A DNA stretch of 64,000 nucleotides, taken from contig NC_043014.1 of the NCBI RefSeq assembly GCF_006345805.1, forward strand, positions 28,706,001-28,770,000, in the 5' to 3' direction. The notes beneath the pieces are model-generated. The model did no database searches. It saw only the letters and a list, made by a program, of their open reading frames with translations, and was not told the origin of the DNA. This DNA comes from Octopus sinensis (Eukaryota). Of this stretch, positions 24,950 through 40,319 are shown in pieces. Both the position numbers and the translations under genes were made by a program. The stretch's first letter is position 1. Each line of letters opens with the position of its first letter.

Positions 24950-27900
24950 ACGACCATGACGACGACCACCACCACAACCATCACGACGACGACGACGACG
25001 ACCACCACCACCACCACCATTATTCAGTAGTCTTATTTTTATTGTGTATTTTCACTGCACTAGCGAGTCCAGCTGTGTGTGCTTCGGGTATGCGCAGTGT
25101 TTTGTTACAGTTTTGTTATTTTTGCTGTATTGAAAGTACGCTAGCAATATACATTCGGTGTCTGCCAGTGCTACTTTCTGTATGAGATGCATATTTGTAA
25201 GTCTTGGGGCTGTAGTTATGCATTTGTCTGTATATCTTTATTTTTATCATTCCCAAAGCACCTATCATTGCAGAGATTGTTTCTGTTTACAGACTCCACA
25301 TTTGGGTTATCTCCGTTTCTTTATTTACATTTAGATCATTTTTCCATCTTTTTAGAGACGCATTATCATCTGTTGGGACTAATATGTCAATTAGGAGGCA
25401 TTTCTTTTTTTAGTGGTACTTGACAACAATAACTGATCGCGTAGCCTTAATCTCCTGTCTATGTGTATCAGCATATCCCAGAGTATGGTTTCTTTGCCAT
25501 TCTCGGAGACCATTTCTGGTATACGTCTATACCATCTCTTTTCTGTTGGTAGTTCATAATGCTAGCGCAACTTCAAGTGTATGTAGTCCTATCTCTGTCA
25601 TGTCTGTACATGTATTCATTCTTGGCTAAGATTGGGCAGCCATCGATACTATGGTTAATAAGCTCTTCCATGTATTTACCTATTGTGTGGTTATTGCATT
25701 CTGCTACATTATACACTTTCGTTGGTGTCTGGAAGAATACTTTGGTCTTGTGCTGTAGTCGAGAAACTCTCAGTCTCTGCTTTCAGTTTCCCGCTTTTCA
25801 ACTAGTGCTAGGCCTTTTTGTTTATAACTACTCTGTTGAGCCTTTTCCAGTATTGGATAAGTCGGGACTTTCCTGGACCTCCTTTTATCATGGCATTGTG
25901 TAGTCTTGATATTAGCTGCTTCACGATTTTTGTTGCTGTTTCTCCATTTTCATCATAGTTAGCTGGTTATTGCAGCTCTGTTTTGTATATGTTTGCTCCC
26001 TTGAAGATAGAAAATAGTGTTTTGTTTTATTCATATTTGGTAGCTTTATGCATTAATTTTCCATGAATCTACTCTAGATAAACAGATAGTCTTACAATGT
26101 GCATTTTGTAATTTTTTTCTTTTGGTATAAGACACCTACCGCCTTCTGTTCGGCTTAAATATAGATTTCAATGTTAAATTGTGGGAGATGTATTCTAAAT
26201 GCAGACGTAAATTTCGTTGTTTTTTCTGTTTACTCTAGTGGATCGTTTAGTGTTCAGTTGAGACTATTTAATCTGTAGATTATAACTGGGACAGTCAGAA
26301 AATATTTCTGTTTTGCATTTAGCTGTTATAAATATTAGTTTGATTAGTCTATAAAGTCCTTCCTTAATCTTTTCTTTCACTTGTGAGTATTGTACACTGT
26401 CCAGTTCATTGATTCCTAGGTATTTGTCTGTTGGTGTTTAGTCAAATTTTCTTATCTCTTAATTAATTTGCCTGTCTTCTAGGTACTTTCGCACATTTTC
26501 TAATCCGAATCTCATATTTATTAATTCAGTAAATATGTGTGCTACAGTTTCGAGTTGATTATAATTTGCAGTATATAACTTGAGAGAGTCTATGTAAAAA
26601 GATGGCCAACAGTCTTACTATAGCATTTACCAAAAGCATTAAAACCAGACAGAGATGTAGACCCTCTGGAATATTTCTCGTCTAATGGAAATGGGTTTAG
26701 TTTTTACAATGTCCTCTATTGTCTATAATTAAGGCGGCGAGCTGGCAGAAACGTTAAGCACGCCGGGCGAAATGTGTAGCCGTATTTCGTCTGCCGTTAC
26801 GTTCTGGGTTCAAATTCTGTCGAGGTCGACTTTGCCTTTCATCCTTTCGGGGTCGATAAATTAAGTACCAGTTACGCACTGGGGTCGATCTGATCGACTT
26901 AATCCGTTTGTCTGTCCTTGTTTGTCCCCTCTGTGTTTAGCCCCTTGTGGGTAATAAAGATATATATAATTGCAAGACTGTTTGGTATTTACTCATGACA
27001 CGTTTCGTGTATTTTCTTATTATTGGTGCTACCTGAATTATTATTAGTGTTTTCAGGGCCTATCTGTGAGGAATACTATCAAAAATCTTCCGATAATTAA
27101 TCCATACCATTCTCAAATCCTTCTTTTACCATGCGAGGTAGAGCTTTATTCACTAGTAACTGATCTTTACAGCAATATGAGCGCTTGCAGCGCCCATTCT
27201 GCTCTTCTGGAAACTGCTGTTTTCTTCTAGGGATTCCAGTTTTCTTCGCGATATTAATGCAGTGAAAGTTTTGTAGGGTCAAGGATCTGTAGTTTTGAAG
27301 GTGTATGATTTCTGTAGATATGGAGATTATGACCGTTTTCCCCTTCAGCGAATCATTTCGTTGCTGCGTTTACCACCGCCAATTTCTCTACCAGTATTTT
27401 ACGTGACCTTGTTGAATATTTCAACCAGAAGATGGAGATTTGTTATGTTGGGGGCGCCTTTCAATCCTCCGTCTGGGTTTCTTCAATGTCTGAGTTGCTT
27501 CTTTTGTTGTGGGTAAATTCTGTTGTCCAAAGATGTTCTGATACTGTGTTCGGAGTTTTCACCAATCTTTTTTGTGCTGATTCCCCCCCACCCCACCCCA
27601 ATTCTTCCATTTCAATTGCTGCTGGTGTTGCATTGGCTTCTATTTTATTTTTTACAGGGTTGTTGATACAATCACTTTTGGGTTCGAATTGAATAGTATA
27701 ATTTATTCAAAACATCGTTGGCGTTTTCCATACTGCTGTATTCTTTGTGACTTAACACGGATTACTTAAGATGTTCTTGATTTCAGTTTTTTTTTTTTTT
27801 TGTGAAATTTCTGTAGTGGTTGTCTCTCTTTCCTCTTGTTTGTTGTGTTATTTTAATCTTGATTTCATTGAAAACTTTCATCGGAATCCTTTCTCGTATT

Positions 27901-28330
27901 TTCTTCTTCTGGGTACTTACTTTCTATGCTCTTTACTTGTATTTTGAATACTCTTGGTTGCTCTGTATATTAATTCATTTGGTTTGGAAATGTTGATGTT
28001 TGAATCGGTTTTAATTATGTCTGCGACAAAGTAGTTTTTGCTTATCAATTGTTAATACAATTTTATCGTTGGTTTTTATCTTTGGCGGTGCTTTCGCTTT
28101 GCGGTGAGTGAACATCTGTAAGATATGCATGTACAATAGAAGCATTATCTCTCGTATCCATTTATCCTTTTTTTTCGTTCTATTTGCGAAATTTGAGAGG
28201 GAATATTTGACCCATTAGATTGTCATCATTTTCATCAAGTGCCGATTTGATTGTTTCTGTTGTTCTGTTTGATTTTTGCACACACGATTTTTTGTACTTT
28301 TAGTGCAACGAATTCAAATTATGCAGTCTT
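24950..28330 (-). mobile_element. Long decayed R4/Dong-like non-LTR retrotransposon
   Basis: Minus-strand motifs in order: EEQNGRCKRSYCCKDQLLVNK, IRREIFQ, HLFYIDSLKLY (YMDD site), MRFGLEKCAKV, GKLKAETES..AQDQ, GCPILAKNEYMYRHD, IDMSIPTD and IGALG. Many stops and frameshifts; the 5' boundary is approximate. Confidence 0.9.
26731..26964 (+). mobile_element. Full-length SINE family A nested in the R4-like element
   Basis: Complete head, core and tail; TATAATT at 26724-26730 and 26965-26971 (candidate TSD). Confidence 0.95.
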
Positions 28331-30084
28331 CAGTTAAGACCATTGGGCTGAATATTGCATTTTATATTTGAATTTTATGACACATTTTGTGTTTGACAGA
28401 GAAAGGCGGTCTAATATTGATATACACCGTGCATCGGTGACCATGTTTACACACGGTATGAGAACATTGTATCCTGTAAACATTTGCAATACATCGTATA
28501 TGAGGTAATCATAACAACAACAACAACAACAACAATAATAATAATAATATTTGTCAAACATTATGTGAGGAAGGTTTGAAATTGCTAATGCTATTGTCAC
28601 TCAATTGCCCTTACTATTTTTTAACGGTGATAATACATGAAATTCACTTCATGTCAATAAATTTTAATGACGAGGAGGGGAACAGTAAAATTTTATTAGA
28701 CCAGAGGAAGGAGCTTTACCTGTGGCCTTCGTAAGACCTCCGAACTGTTGATATTGATGCCGAGTCGTCTTGGTTAATGATTGTTGGAATCAGATTCAGG
28801 GAGAACAAAAATAATGATTGCGTAATAAAAATATAGGTGTTAAAAGGAAATTCGGTTGGTTTACTTTTAAGTCAATGATATAAAGCGGATTTACTGGTCA
28901 GAAGATGAACCAGCAAAACGGTTGGGGTGTCTGAATTTTGTTCCAAATATATAAGATTTATATATAAACAACAAAGGATTAATTAAGAATCGAGGCACAT
29001 CAGCGTGTATGACACCCATAATTGGCAAAATAGAATCTCACAAAGCAGACAAATAATCCATCACCATAGACATCAATTATACTGGCTAGATTCTGTTGTT
29101 GGGTAATTTTCAATTCAAATTATTTACCAATGATCAAATTCCTTGAAGTCTTGGTGTCGAGTAAATATAATAAATAACAGATAAATGGGGATTGAATATA
29201 TACATATTGACAACAAAGTGAAAAAATATACATGTGATCAATAATTTTACTATCTTATCAGATGTACAGCGAGAATAACTGGACATGACAAGCTACTTCT
29301 AAACCTACAAATCTTTAGAAGAAAATGCTGTCGCATAATTTCAGGAAATTACGCTATTTTTTCAACAATAATAACCAGTGCACCAGCATGTCTACAGCCT
29401 AAGGGCTGAAACGTATAAAAGAATAAAAGCATAAAAAAATAATTCTCCCCAGCCCTCCAAAAAATGCAAAACCTAAGTGAAGGACTAATGGGAAATTCAC
29501 TAATTTTATGTTTAGGAAATGTTTTATTTTCGTATAGTTTAACCTTTGTTACATATTTTGTTAGTGTGCTTTTGGGGTAAATATAATATGTCCATGTAAC
29601 CATTTCAAAGAAATATTATCAGTTACATATTATTTGTTAATGCAATCATGAAAATCCGCAATGACCCCAAATGCTTTGTTATTTAGCCAAACTTTTATTT
29701 TGGCAACAAGGTTGGTATTTTGTGATTGAACAACATGTATTTTCAAATAAATATCGCAGGACATACTTACATACGGTGTGTGGCTGGAAGGTAGTAATTA
29801 AATAATTTGCTGACTAAAAGTGCTTTCACAACATTATCTTTGCAGGAGACATTATTATTTTTACGAAAGAATATACAGTTATTACTTGAAGGAATATTAT
29901 TGCTTTAGAAGTTGCAATAAAGTACCTGCGACTGATATTATTTATAGGACAAAATAACAATGAGAGGTAGTCTGTGAAGTGTATGTTATTTAACAGTTAT
30001 GAATGTTTCCCTAAATTTATTGAGAGAGAGAGGTTCTACAGCAAACTGATTTAAGCTTTGTAAAAGAAATTAGGAAATATTAAT

Positions 30085-30484
30085 ATTCTTTTCTACTCTA
30101 GAACCAAGATACGAAATTTAGGGAGAGGGTCAGTCCATTAGATTGACTCCAGTACGCAACTGGTACTTTAATTTATCGACCCCGAAAGGATGAAAGGCAA
30201 AGCTGACCTCGGCGGAATTTGAACTCAGAACATGAAGACAGACGAAATGCCTATTTCTTTACTACCCACAAGGGGCTAAACACAGAGGAGACAAACAAGA
30301 ACAGACAGACGGATAAAACCGATTATATCGACCCCAGTGCGTTACTGGTACTTAATTTATCGACCCTGAAAGGATGAAAGGCAAAGTCGACTTCGGCGGA
30401 ATTTGAACTCAGAACGTAAAGGCAGACGAAATACCGCTAAGCATTTTGCCCGGCGTGCTAACGTTTCTGCCATCTCGCCGCTTT
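30085..30484 (-). mobile_element. Dimeric SINE family A
   Basis: Full unit plus a 5'-truncated second unit with the alternative tail; 15-bp repeats GGAAATATTAATATT (30073-30087) and GGAAATACTAATGTT (30487-30501) flank the dimer. Confidence 0.95.
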
Positions 30485-30788
30485 ATGGAAATACTAATGT
30501 TGAGCAAAAGGAAAATAAGTCAAAAGTAAGAGAAAATATTCGTATCCTCAAGAACCAACTGAAAAGTGTAACAGTGAATAAGTTTATACAGTGAGACGAA
30601 ATATTCGGATAATAACGTTTCAACTCTCGAACAACACATATGAAACATTACTCTTCTAACACTATTGAGAAATGTAGATATGCAAAATACTATACTTATT
30701 GTCATGAGAATAATGATGACTTCGATGAAAAGGAGAAGGCGATGGAGATATTAATAAATCAGGGCGATAAAAAGTATTATTATACTTG

Positions 30789-30861
<73 letters not shown>

Positions 30862-31529
30862 TACACACACACATATTAGTAGCTAGTTAAAAAGTAAAAT
30901 AATTTTAGAGCGAAAGTGAAAAAAAAATGGAAGATCTCCATATAAGATGTTTCTGTTTTGTATGTGTACATTATTAAATATTATTTGTAAGAGCAACAAA
31001 GCTGGTTTATATTACTAATGAGGGAATATGTATCATGTTTTGACACACTGTTTTGCTATCATTGTAATTCATATGCCAGATAGGTGATTGCAAAAACATC
31101 TGATGCTTCAGGTTTAGCCAGAATACGAAGCTCACTAAAAATGTAATGATTATAATACATTCTCTCAGCAAATGTTTAAGTCAATAAAAATGTATTTTAT
31201 ACACTTATTTCATTATTCTCAAAATGCGAAAACTGCCGACCGGTTTTCAATTGTAGATACTGCATTGTATTTGGCGTGCGTTTCGTACTTTTTCTAAAGA
31301 ATCATTCGTGACAGTTAAATGGCTTGACTTTCACCTATAATTGAAAGCCAGTAGCTTGGAGTATACATGTTATCTATCATCTTACTAGTTTTAATATCAC
31401 CTTGAGTAGAAATAGGTTGAATTTTATTAAACTTAGGATGTTGTAAATACTCTCAATGTATCGTAAAATACAGGTACGTATCATATTTGTTTTAATGAGT
31501 TAGAATGAGTTTGATTAGCAAATGAATAA

Positions 31530-31720
31530 TTATCGGAAACATTAAAGCAGATTTCTAGATGTAGAAAGTGCTCCTTAGTGAAATATTGACTGCAATTTAA
31601 TTCCATAGATAACTATTCCCAAAAGTTAATATATTTGACTTACAGTGACACAACATAGGGCACCAATAACAGCTGGAGGCAAGTTATAGTTACAAGTAAG
31701 TAGTAGTTCAAGGAAAACAA
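31530..31720 (-). mobile_element. Decayed R4-like C-terminal fragment
   Basis: PAVIGALCCVT...LGI...KLQ resembles the PVIIGALGxVT...KLGF...RLQ terminus. Confidence 0.4.
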
Positions 31721-33149
31721 AGTATTGCTATCTGTTTACCCAGCAAAACAGATATAAGAACGATAAAAAAGTCAAGAAGTCTATAATTACGTATTTTATC
31801 GCCTGTTGCAACTAAAATACCTTTCCTTCAACATTAATGTTTATAATTTCATTGCAGAGAAATTATTTATTAATACTTTCTTATTAAATGTATTAAAGAA
31901 TGACAGCTCAGTTATCGGGGAAATGACACTTGATTAATTATTTGGAAAGAATATTCAAGTTGACGAAATTAGCACTAAATCGTAAAAGAAAACTTGATAA
32001 AACTCTGGTTTATCGTAATGTGATATGTGGTAGTAAGTTAACTCTTTTTATCTGTTAATATTTCTTAAAATCAACAGTTCAGAAAGTAATAATATTGTAT
32101 CTTCAAACAGAAATAAACTGTGAGGTATCCTCAAATGTATGCAATCCTCTCTGATATCAATTATATCCCGTAACTTAGTAACTATACAATTTTGCAGTCA
32201 CTTAAATAACTATTCACATATAAATTTCTTTCACATACTACAATCACTAATTCCGTGCTTATTCTTTATACTATAACTTTTTCCATTTATCATAACTTTG
32301 TAATAATTCATTTATATCATTGCTTACGATATCAATAAGTATGCATTCCTATCTTAATACCTATACGATAATTTGATAAATACCAACCACAGCACTATCT
32401 AATTCCATTGATGAAATATACATGCATTTTCATAACTACATTTGTAACTATAACTTAATAGTTAACCACTTATAATGTAAATGAATATTTTCTTTAAATA
32501 TATATAAACTTTATATATATAAACTTTTCTTTTACATTGTATATATCTCCACATTTGCAACTTTACTCTATAACAGTCCTTAGATTTTTAACCGTTTCAA
32601 TTAAACCGAAAGTAATCATTTTCCTATAATTCCACAGTTGTTTCAACATATACATACAAAGATACATACATATATCAAATTTTTCCTTGGTTCTTTAGTA
32701 AAGATTCTAAAAGAATCAACATCATTTTCTGCGGAATACTTGATGACGGATTTGGAAACTTTATGTAACGAAAACTGAAAGTATCTCTATGGAAATTACG
32801 AAAAAATTTGAAGTGGCTCTTAGTAAGCCCTTAATAACAAGACAAAGAACATAATCCAATTTTCCCCAACACACAACAAATTCTCAAGCACATTACGTAC
32901 ATAAGTACATAGTTACATACATACGTTACACACACACACACACACACACATAGATATGTATATGCTCATTATTTTCAATCATTTCAGCTGATATGTTTCA
33001 CAAAAGCAGTGTGTCGATCAGTTAATGCATTAGAACATACTAAGCATGATTTTTTAAATAACCGAAGCACCTTAATAATAAATTATATCAACACGATGTC
33101 AACTCTTCGTATTAAGAAGCTTACTTAATCAGATTTTGAATAAGGGGAA

Positions 33150-33600
33150 TGAATTATTAACAGACATCCATGTATGCATGTTTGCACGTATGTATGTATC
33201 TTGTATCTTTCAATTATAAATCTTCCACTGAGGAGGGAATCAGTTTCCAACAAAGATACAAGGCTCCATCTTTGGGATGTAGTTAACTTCAGAAAAGTCT
33301 TCCATATTTTTAGTGCTCCACTCACAGATTGGGCTTGTAATGTACGAATTAGGCAGTCAGTTTCTCTTTCTGAAAATCCCAATTTATCCAGATTCTCTTT
33401 TAAGCATTTAATAACAAAACCTAGTACTCCAATTATTACTGGTATGAATATGAATTCATGAATATGAATATAGAAGCTGGAGGTTTCGAAGCAGTTGTCC
33501 ATAGATATCCTCTTTTTCTTTGATTTTCAAATAGATATTTATATCTGCAGGGCAGCTAACCTCTGTCATGCCACCTTTCATCTTTCCACAGGCTCTAAGA
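33150..33600 (-). mobile_element. R4/Dong-like 3' fragment, same family as 7283
   Basis: EVSCPADINI...QLLRNLQLLY...FIPVIIGVLG...NLDKLGFS...LIRTLQAQSVSGALKIWKTFLK; ends in GATACATACATAC. Confidence 0.9.
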
Positions 33601-33639
33601 AGTAATACTGCTAGAGATTGTTGTTAAGCTATGTTAAGC

Positions 33640-33960
33640 TACGGACAAAGTACGCAGTGAAAGGCTATACATATTTCAACAAAACTTAGAACTATCTCAC
33701 AAAGACCATGCGGCTCATGAATGGGTGTTGGACAATTTGAAAAGTTCGTGTTACATCAAACATGTGGGCTCCAAACACTCCAACTTTAAATCTCATGAAC
33801 TACTGCATTTGGAAAGTTAATGCAAAGGAGACTATTCGACATTCTCACAGCACTACACTCCACTGCAAATCGCCATAAGAACCATTTCATGCAGGCATAT
33901 CAAAGATTTCAGTTCCGCACTGAAGCAGTCATTGAAGCTGAAAGGTTCACTAAACGATCG
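33640..33960 (+). mobile_element. Tc1-like transposase C-terminal remnant
   Basis: YIFQQN...MWAPNTPTLNLMNYCIW (cf. WPPNSPDLNPxDY) and RFQFRTEAVIEAE. Confidence 0.8.
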
Positions 33961-34938
33961 TATAAAGAGGTTATGTGCACAAGTTTTTATATAAATTCAT
34001 TAAAGTCGTTTTATAAAACTGCCAAATATGTCCTCAAATAGCTCTCGCACGTATTCTTCTTTTCTACTATGGATTATTTTTTTTCATCAACATCCATATT
34101 TTCTGCTACAACAAAATCGATCAAATTGTTCCAGCGATAATTTTCGTTCTGAGGTATTTCAGAATTGCTGTCTCACTTTTCGTTTCTTGGTTCAATTTCC
34201 ACTGATCAACCTATTTCAAGTTGCAAATAAGTAAGAATAATCCTATATTTCTTAATGGTTATAGTCTGTGCATTGCATGTCTCACGGTTAAAATGTTTTC
34301 AGTATCAAATCCTAATTTTAGCGTTTGAAGACAGGAGTTACAAGGAAGAAGAGAAAGTTGGTTTTAAAGTGTTATAAATATTTGTACCTTATTTAATGAG
34401 TCAAAATCAGAGAGCAAGTTTAGGTGACCGAACTTAATAAGCAAGTTGTTGTTTCTTGCGTGGTTTATAATCTTTGGTGACGGTATAATACATATTTCAT
34501 GAGTATTATACTATGAAATAGGATAATCCTTGCGTGAAAATACTTCACCTATACTTGAAAAGATAATTTGAATGATTTAGTTCACAATGGGAGTAGTAAC
34601 CAACTTGATTATTTTATAGCGTTTGGGAGTGGGGGCGATGCAATCGACTAACATCCACCTCTCAAATTATCACTGGTCTTAGAAGCATTTTTATTATACA
34701 GTAGTGAAAAGTCTCTGTGACACTGAAGTTTCCTACATGGAAGCTCGACAGACTCTGACAGAGCATTGCCCTGTTGACTCCCGCCGTGAAAGTTACCGGC
34801 TGTTTTAAATTTAATTTGAAAATAAAAAATACTAATACTAACATCATGTGATTGTGTATGTACACACCATCAGTCATGTATGTATGTATGTATGTATGTA
34901 TGTATGTATGTATGTAGTATGTATGTATGTATGTATGT

Positions 34939-35930
34939 ATACGAGGGGGTACCCAAAAGAAACCGGAATTTTGCAATATCATTTTACTCACTTAGTTTTA
35001 CGTTTACACTTTTATCGCCTTCAAGGTATTCTCGATTTAAATGAATGCATCGGTCCAGAAGCGTTTTCCACTGTTCGAAGCAGTCCTGGAACACTTGCGA
35101 AGTGATGCTTTTTAAAGGCCTCTGTTGTTTTTTTATCCACCTCTTCTACATCTGGAAAGTGTTTTCCTTTAAGGATTTTTTTCAGTCGAGGGGAACAAAA
35201 GATCGGGATTTTTTTTCATTCGTTGGGGAGCAAGATCGGGTGAATAGAGAGGGTAGGTAAACGGGGTCATACCATTTTTGGCCAGAAGCTGACTCACACT
35301 CTAGGCGGTGTACGAAGGTACATTGTCGTAAGGAAATCACCCCTCTCCATTTTGTCACTGGTCGGGATGTTTTCGTCTCGTCGTGTCTTGCAAACACTTA
35401 TGTTAATGTCTGGTTAACAGTTTGACCAAGAGGATCAAATACTATGTGGACAATACTTTTCGCATCGATGCAACAAATCAGTATCGTTTTGACTTTGGAC
35501 TTCACTTGACGCACTATTGGTGGGCGTGGTGACATTGAATGCTTCCATTGACTTGATTGATGCTTTCGGGTCGTAGCAGTAGCACCAGCTTTATTCACCA
35601 GTGATGACCTTTGAAAAAAGGTCCGGATCAACTTCCAACTGTTCTTTCAGTTCATGACACGCATTCAGTCATGACTGCTTTTGATCTTCCATGAGCAAGC
35701 GAGGCACAACATTTGCTGCAATTCTCTTCATTCGTAATTTCTGGCTCAAAATTCGTTGGCAGCAGCTCTAGGATACACCAGTCATATCATCAAGTTCGTC
35801 AATTCATGATCAGTTCATGAATTTACATAATGTTTTCATTCATTCGGGAGGTCGACGGTCGCCCTGAACGAGGTTGGTCTTCAAGTGACAAGTAACCATT
35901 CTTAAAGTGTGAAAACCACATGTAAACTTA
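34939..35930 (-). mobile_element. Mariner transposon remnant inserted at TA in (TATG)n, 5' end missing
   Basis: Terminal TACGAGGGGGTACCCAAAAG; EDQPRSGRPSTS, decayed VITGDESW, HQSSQWKH, VKSKVKT and GQTVNQ motifs, plus a frameshifted YSPDLAP-like motif. Confidence 0.92.
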
Positions 35931-36427
35931 CGAATCTCTTAACCTTACTAGCCCCTACCAGGCTCGTTCGTATTAGCAGGAGTTGCTAGATAAATTTTCG
36001 TTCCTTTCAGAATATTGTAGAACGGAAACTTTTCATAGATTGGAGTTTATTGTTTCAAGAAAGCATTGAACTTGATATACTTTTAATTTTTACGATTATA
36101 GATAACAACTCGGACTGTAACTTCTGAGCCAAATTCATGCGCGAGTGAACGATGTCGAGAGAACGTCTGTTACGGATGATATTTTTTTACACAGGGCACC
36201 TCTAAGACGACAGCTAGACGCTAAATGAGAATAAATGAACAGCAACCAGGCTCAATGAAAGGAGCCCGAATTATTGGCTGCAATTAAATATTTAAAGTCA
36301 ATGTGGGCAGAAATTAAAATCAGCTTGCAAATACACGTTCACTTTTACTAAATTTATACTCAGGCTAAGCCCAAACAGCCTGAGTGCCGGGTCACCACTG
36401 AATATATATATATTCTTTAATTATTTA

Positions 36428-36870
<443 letters not shown>

Positions 36871-36878
36871 GTGTGTAT

Positions 36879-36943
<65 letters not shown>

Positions 36944-37150
36944 TACACATACATGTATGCTTGCGTCTGTGCATACGAATGCTCCTATGTTTGGCTGTAT
37001 AAATGGCAATAAATATCAATTATTTTAGGCGAACACAAACACAAAAAGTATGTTTAAATAAGGTATTTAATAAATACACATATATGTAGATATAGAGCCA
37101 GATATATTGAAATAACTCTTAATACTCCCACACAACTATGTATGTATCAG

Positions 37151-37198
<48 letters not shown>

Positions 37199-37680
37199 TG
37201 AAATATGCATATACAAGAATGTGTCTATTGTATATGCAATGGTATATTCTCATCCTACTTTATACTTTATAGCGAAGAGCTATGCATATCATGAACCCAA
37301 TTAAGGTTGCATTAATTCTCAAATACGACAGTTTTATTCGCAGCAAAAATTATATATTTCAGCCAAATACTACTTTGCTGAGATGTGATCCACCTGTTTC
37401 TACTCAAAACGCAACTTTTGATAGACATAACATTCGTATATGTGAGACGTGCTTTGATATTAGTTTTTACATATATTTGTGGGCTTGTGTAACGCATTGT
37501 TTACAAGATCACTGTCGATTTGCTTTGCTGTTAGATTCTATAACATCATGAACTCTCGAAAACGCGAATTTCTAACTTTACTACACTAGACGTGTTTGGG
37601 AAGCAACGGAGTTAACAAATTCTTTCATTGCACGTACATTAATCCTCCCCCTCCTCGTCTTCCTCGTTGTCGTCGTAGTT

Positions 37681-37723
<43 letters not shown>

Positions 37724-38268
37724 CCATCATTATCCATAACTAGATACGATAATATAAAAACGCATTAAAATGTACTTTCCAGAAACACGTACATTCCGAT
37801 AAGAGAAAGAAAAAAGTTCTAAACAAACTAGGATTAGTTTATTAAATAGGAACACAAGTGAACCAAAAATTTAATAATGACATTTTTACTTTCACTCTAT
37901 TCACTCCCATGCTCCTTGTATGTATGTATGTATGTATATATGTATGTATATATGTATGTATATATGTGTAAATTTTTTTAGAAAGAATTCCTTATATAGT
38001 AACAATATTTGAAGAAAGATTTTCTTAAAGTTAGTATTATTAGTTATGTTAGAGAATCTATAAAACAAACAGAATAGCGTAAACATTTCGGAGTTCGGAT
38101 TTTTTATTTTTACGCGTGTGTGTAATCGCTTTCGCTGTTTTCAGGTTTTCAAACACACGTGTTTGAAAATCTTCCTTCCAGCAAAAGTTTTGTGTCATCC
38201 TGTTCTTTAAGATTTCTTATGTAATTGAATTTTTTTATCCAAGAAAATCTTGTTTTAAATACATGCCT

Positions 38269-38349
<81 letters not shown>

Positions 38350-39547
38350 GCATATATATATATATGTATGTATGTATGTATGTATATGTTTGTGTATCTA
38401 TCTATGTATATAGTTATATATGATATATAAACGTAATGTATATACATATATGAACACATACATATATTTATATGTGTGTACAGGTAAAATCTGCGTACGA
38501 TAGTGATGAAATATAAAGGGAATAAGAACAGTACGATGACAATGTATAAGAAGCATTGAGCAAAGGGAATTAACTCAAATGTCCGTCTTAATCACCGTTT
38601 CTGCTGACAAAGATTAGATTTTCGCTTAAACATGAGAATTCAATTTCGGAGATATAGTTCTTCATTTATTCAAATTATCATTTCTTTATGAGTCTCTATT
38701 ACTGCTAAATTTTTTTCCCCCCTCAAAGTAAAGTGTAAATTGCAATTAACAATTATTTTTTGCGTGAGTCAGGAAAACACATTCGAGATCTGTGTGTGTG
38801 AGTGAGTATATTTTTGCGTATGCATGTAACAGTTACCGTGTCTGTTTCAATTTACCCGCCATCTTCTTCCCCTTTCTTTAACGTTATGTTTTTATATTTT
38901 AACATGAACTTTAAACTCCCTCAATTCTATATCTATTGTGTTAATACAAGTTCAATACAACACAGCTTGATATACAGTATGTAGCTTTAGAAACACTTTA
39001 TTGCATCACCAGCAATATGAGCAACATATAGTGAGTACCAACTATCACAGTACGATAATGTATTATAGTGCCTTAGTTAAATCCCTTTTTTTTATATTAT
39101 ATATCTTCATACCTTTTCGCTTGTATATGTATTCACACACAGACACACACCACACACACATGTATGTATGCACACACACACACGCACATATATATATATA
39201 TACACAATATAGTCATACACACATTCATATATACATATATGTATATACACACATAAGCAAATATTCTGCTAAATCTGATAATATTTTTAGATAATTATGT
39301 AATTGTATTTCCAACAATAGTAGGCACTGCTTTTTATGAATTAATGATATAGCAATGTTATCTTTTATTTTAGGTTTTAAGTATTGAAATAATAGCATAC
39401 TTGAAACAATTAGAAAATTGAAAATTTTAATCATAACTATATTATCATTGAGGTATCATTCTTCATGTACGTACGTACGTACATACGTATGTATGTATGT
39501 ATGTATGTATGTATGTATGTATGTATGTATGTATGCATGTAAGTATT

Positions 39548-39605
<58 letters not shown>

Positions 39606-40319
39606 ACACGCACACACACATATTTATATATACATACGCATTTGTATGTATGTAGAATATATATATATATATACACATATGTATACATGTGTGTGTAGTG
39701 ACATACATACACACACATACGCACTCTCTCTCTCTCTCATTCCCCCCTCATACATATACACCTACGTGTTTGAATTTGAACATGAATTAAAAGATAGACG
39801 GAAATATAACATATAATTAAGTGAGCTTCTTTATAATGAGATATATCTACCTAAAGTATTAGACATTATGAGATTACTCATTCTCCAGTTATAGAGTTCA
39901 ATACATTATGGTACAAGTTTTCTTAGAGAGAAATTTAATCATATGTCTTGGAAGGTTCATCAGCAGTAAGAGTCAGGTTTATCTACGATTTGTTTTTGCT
40001 TGTTTCTTCAATTATTTAAGAGAATATTTCAAAGATTAACATAACTTTCTTATTGTTCTTTCTATTATCTATTTGTAATAAAAGATAGAATAGAAGAGGC
40101 TTAGAAAGTGACAAAATGTTTCGGGGTAGGGGTATGATTCGTATTTATGTGATAAAATAATTGAACATAGTTGGTTCGACTAAATTCTATTTTGTTGTTT
40201 GAGAAGTAGTTTTTGTTTCTTTGCCTTCTAAGAAATTATTTAAAAAGATTTAAAAATATTATTTATCGTTGGTGCATATGCTACTTTTAACAATTCATTA
40301 TGCATTCTTGTATCAAATA

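Noticed and set aside
30960-31200. Minus-strand ELRILAKPEASDVFAIT as an exon or a CR1 endonuclease start
   Set aside because: Only faint similarity to the endonuclease motif, and it cannot be distinguished from chance.
31645-31673. Strong-looking 29-nt minus-strand exon (AVIGALCCVT)
   Set aside because: The peptide and its flanks match the R4-like C-terminal VIGALG motif, so it is better explained as a retroelement relic.
38134-38170. TTTTCAAACAC/GTGTTTGAAAA hairpin (and a similar 11-bp one at 37206-37238)
   Set aside because: 11-bp low-complexity arms are expected by chance in AT-rich DNA.
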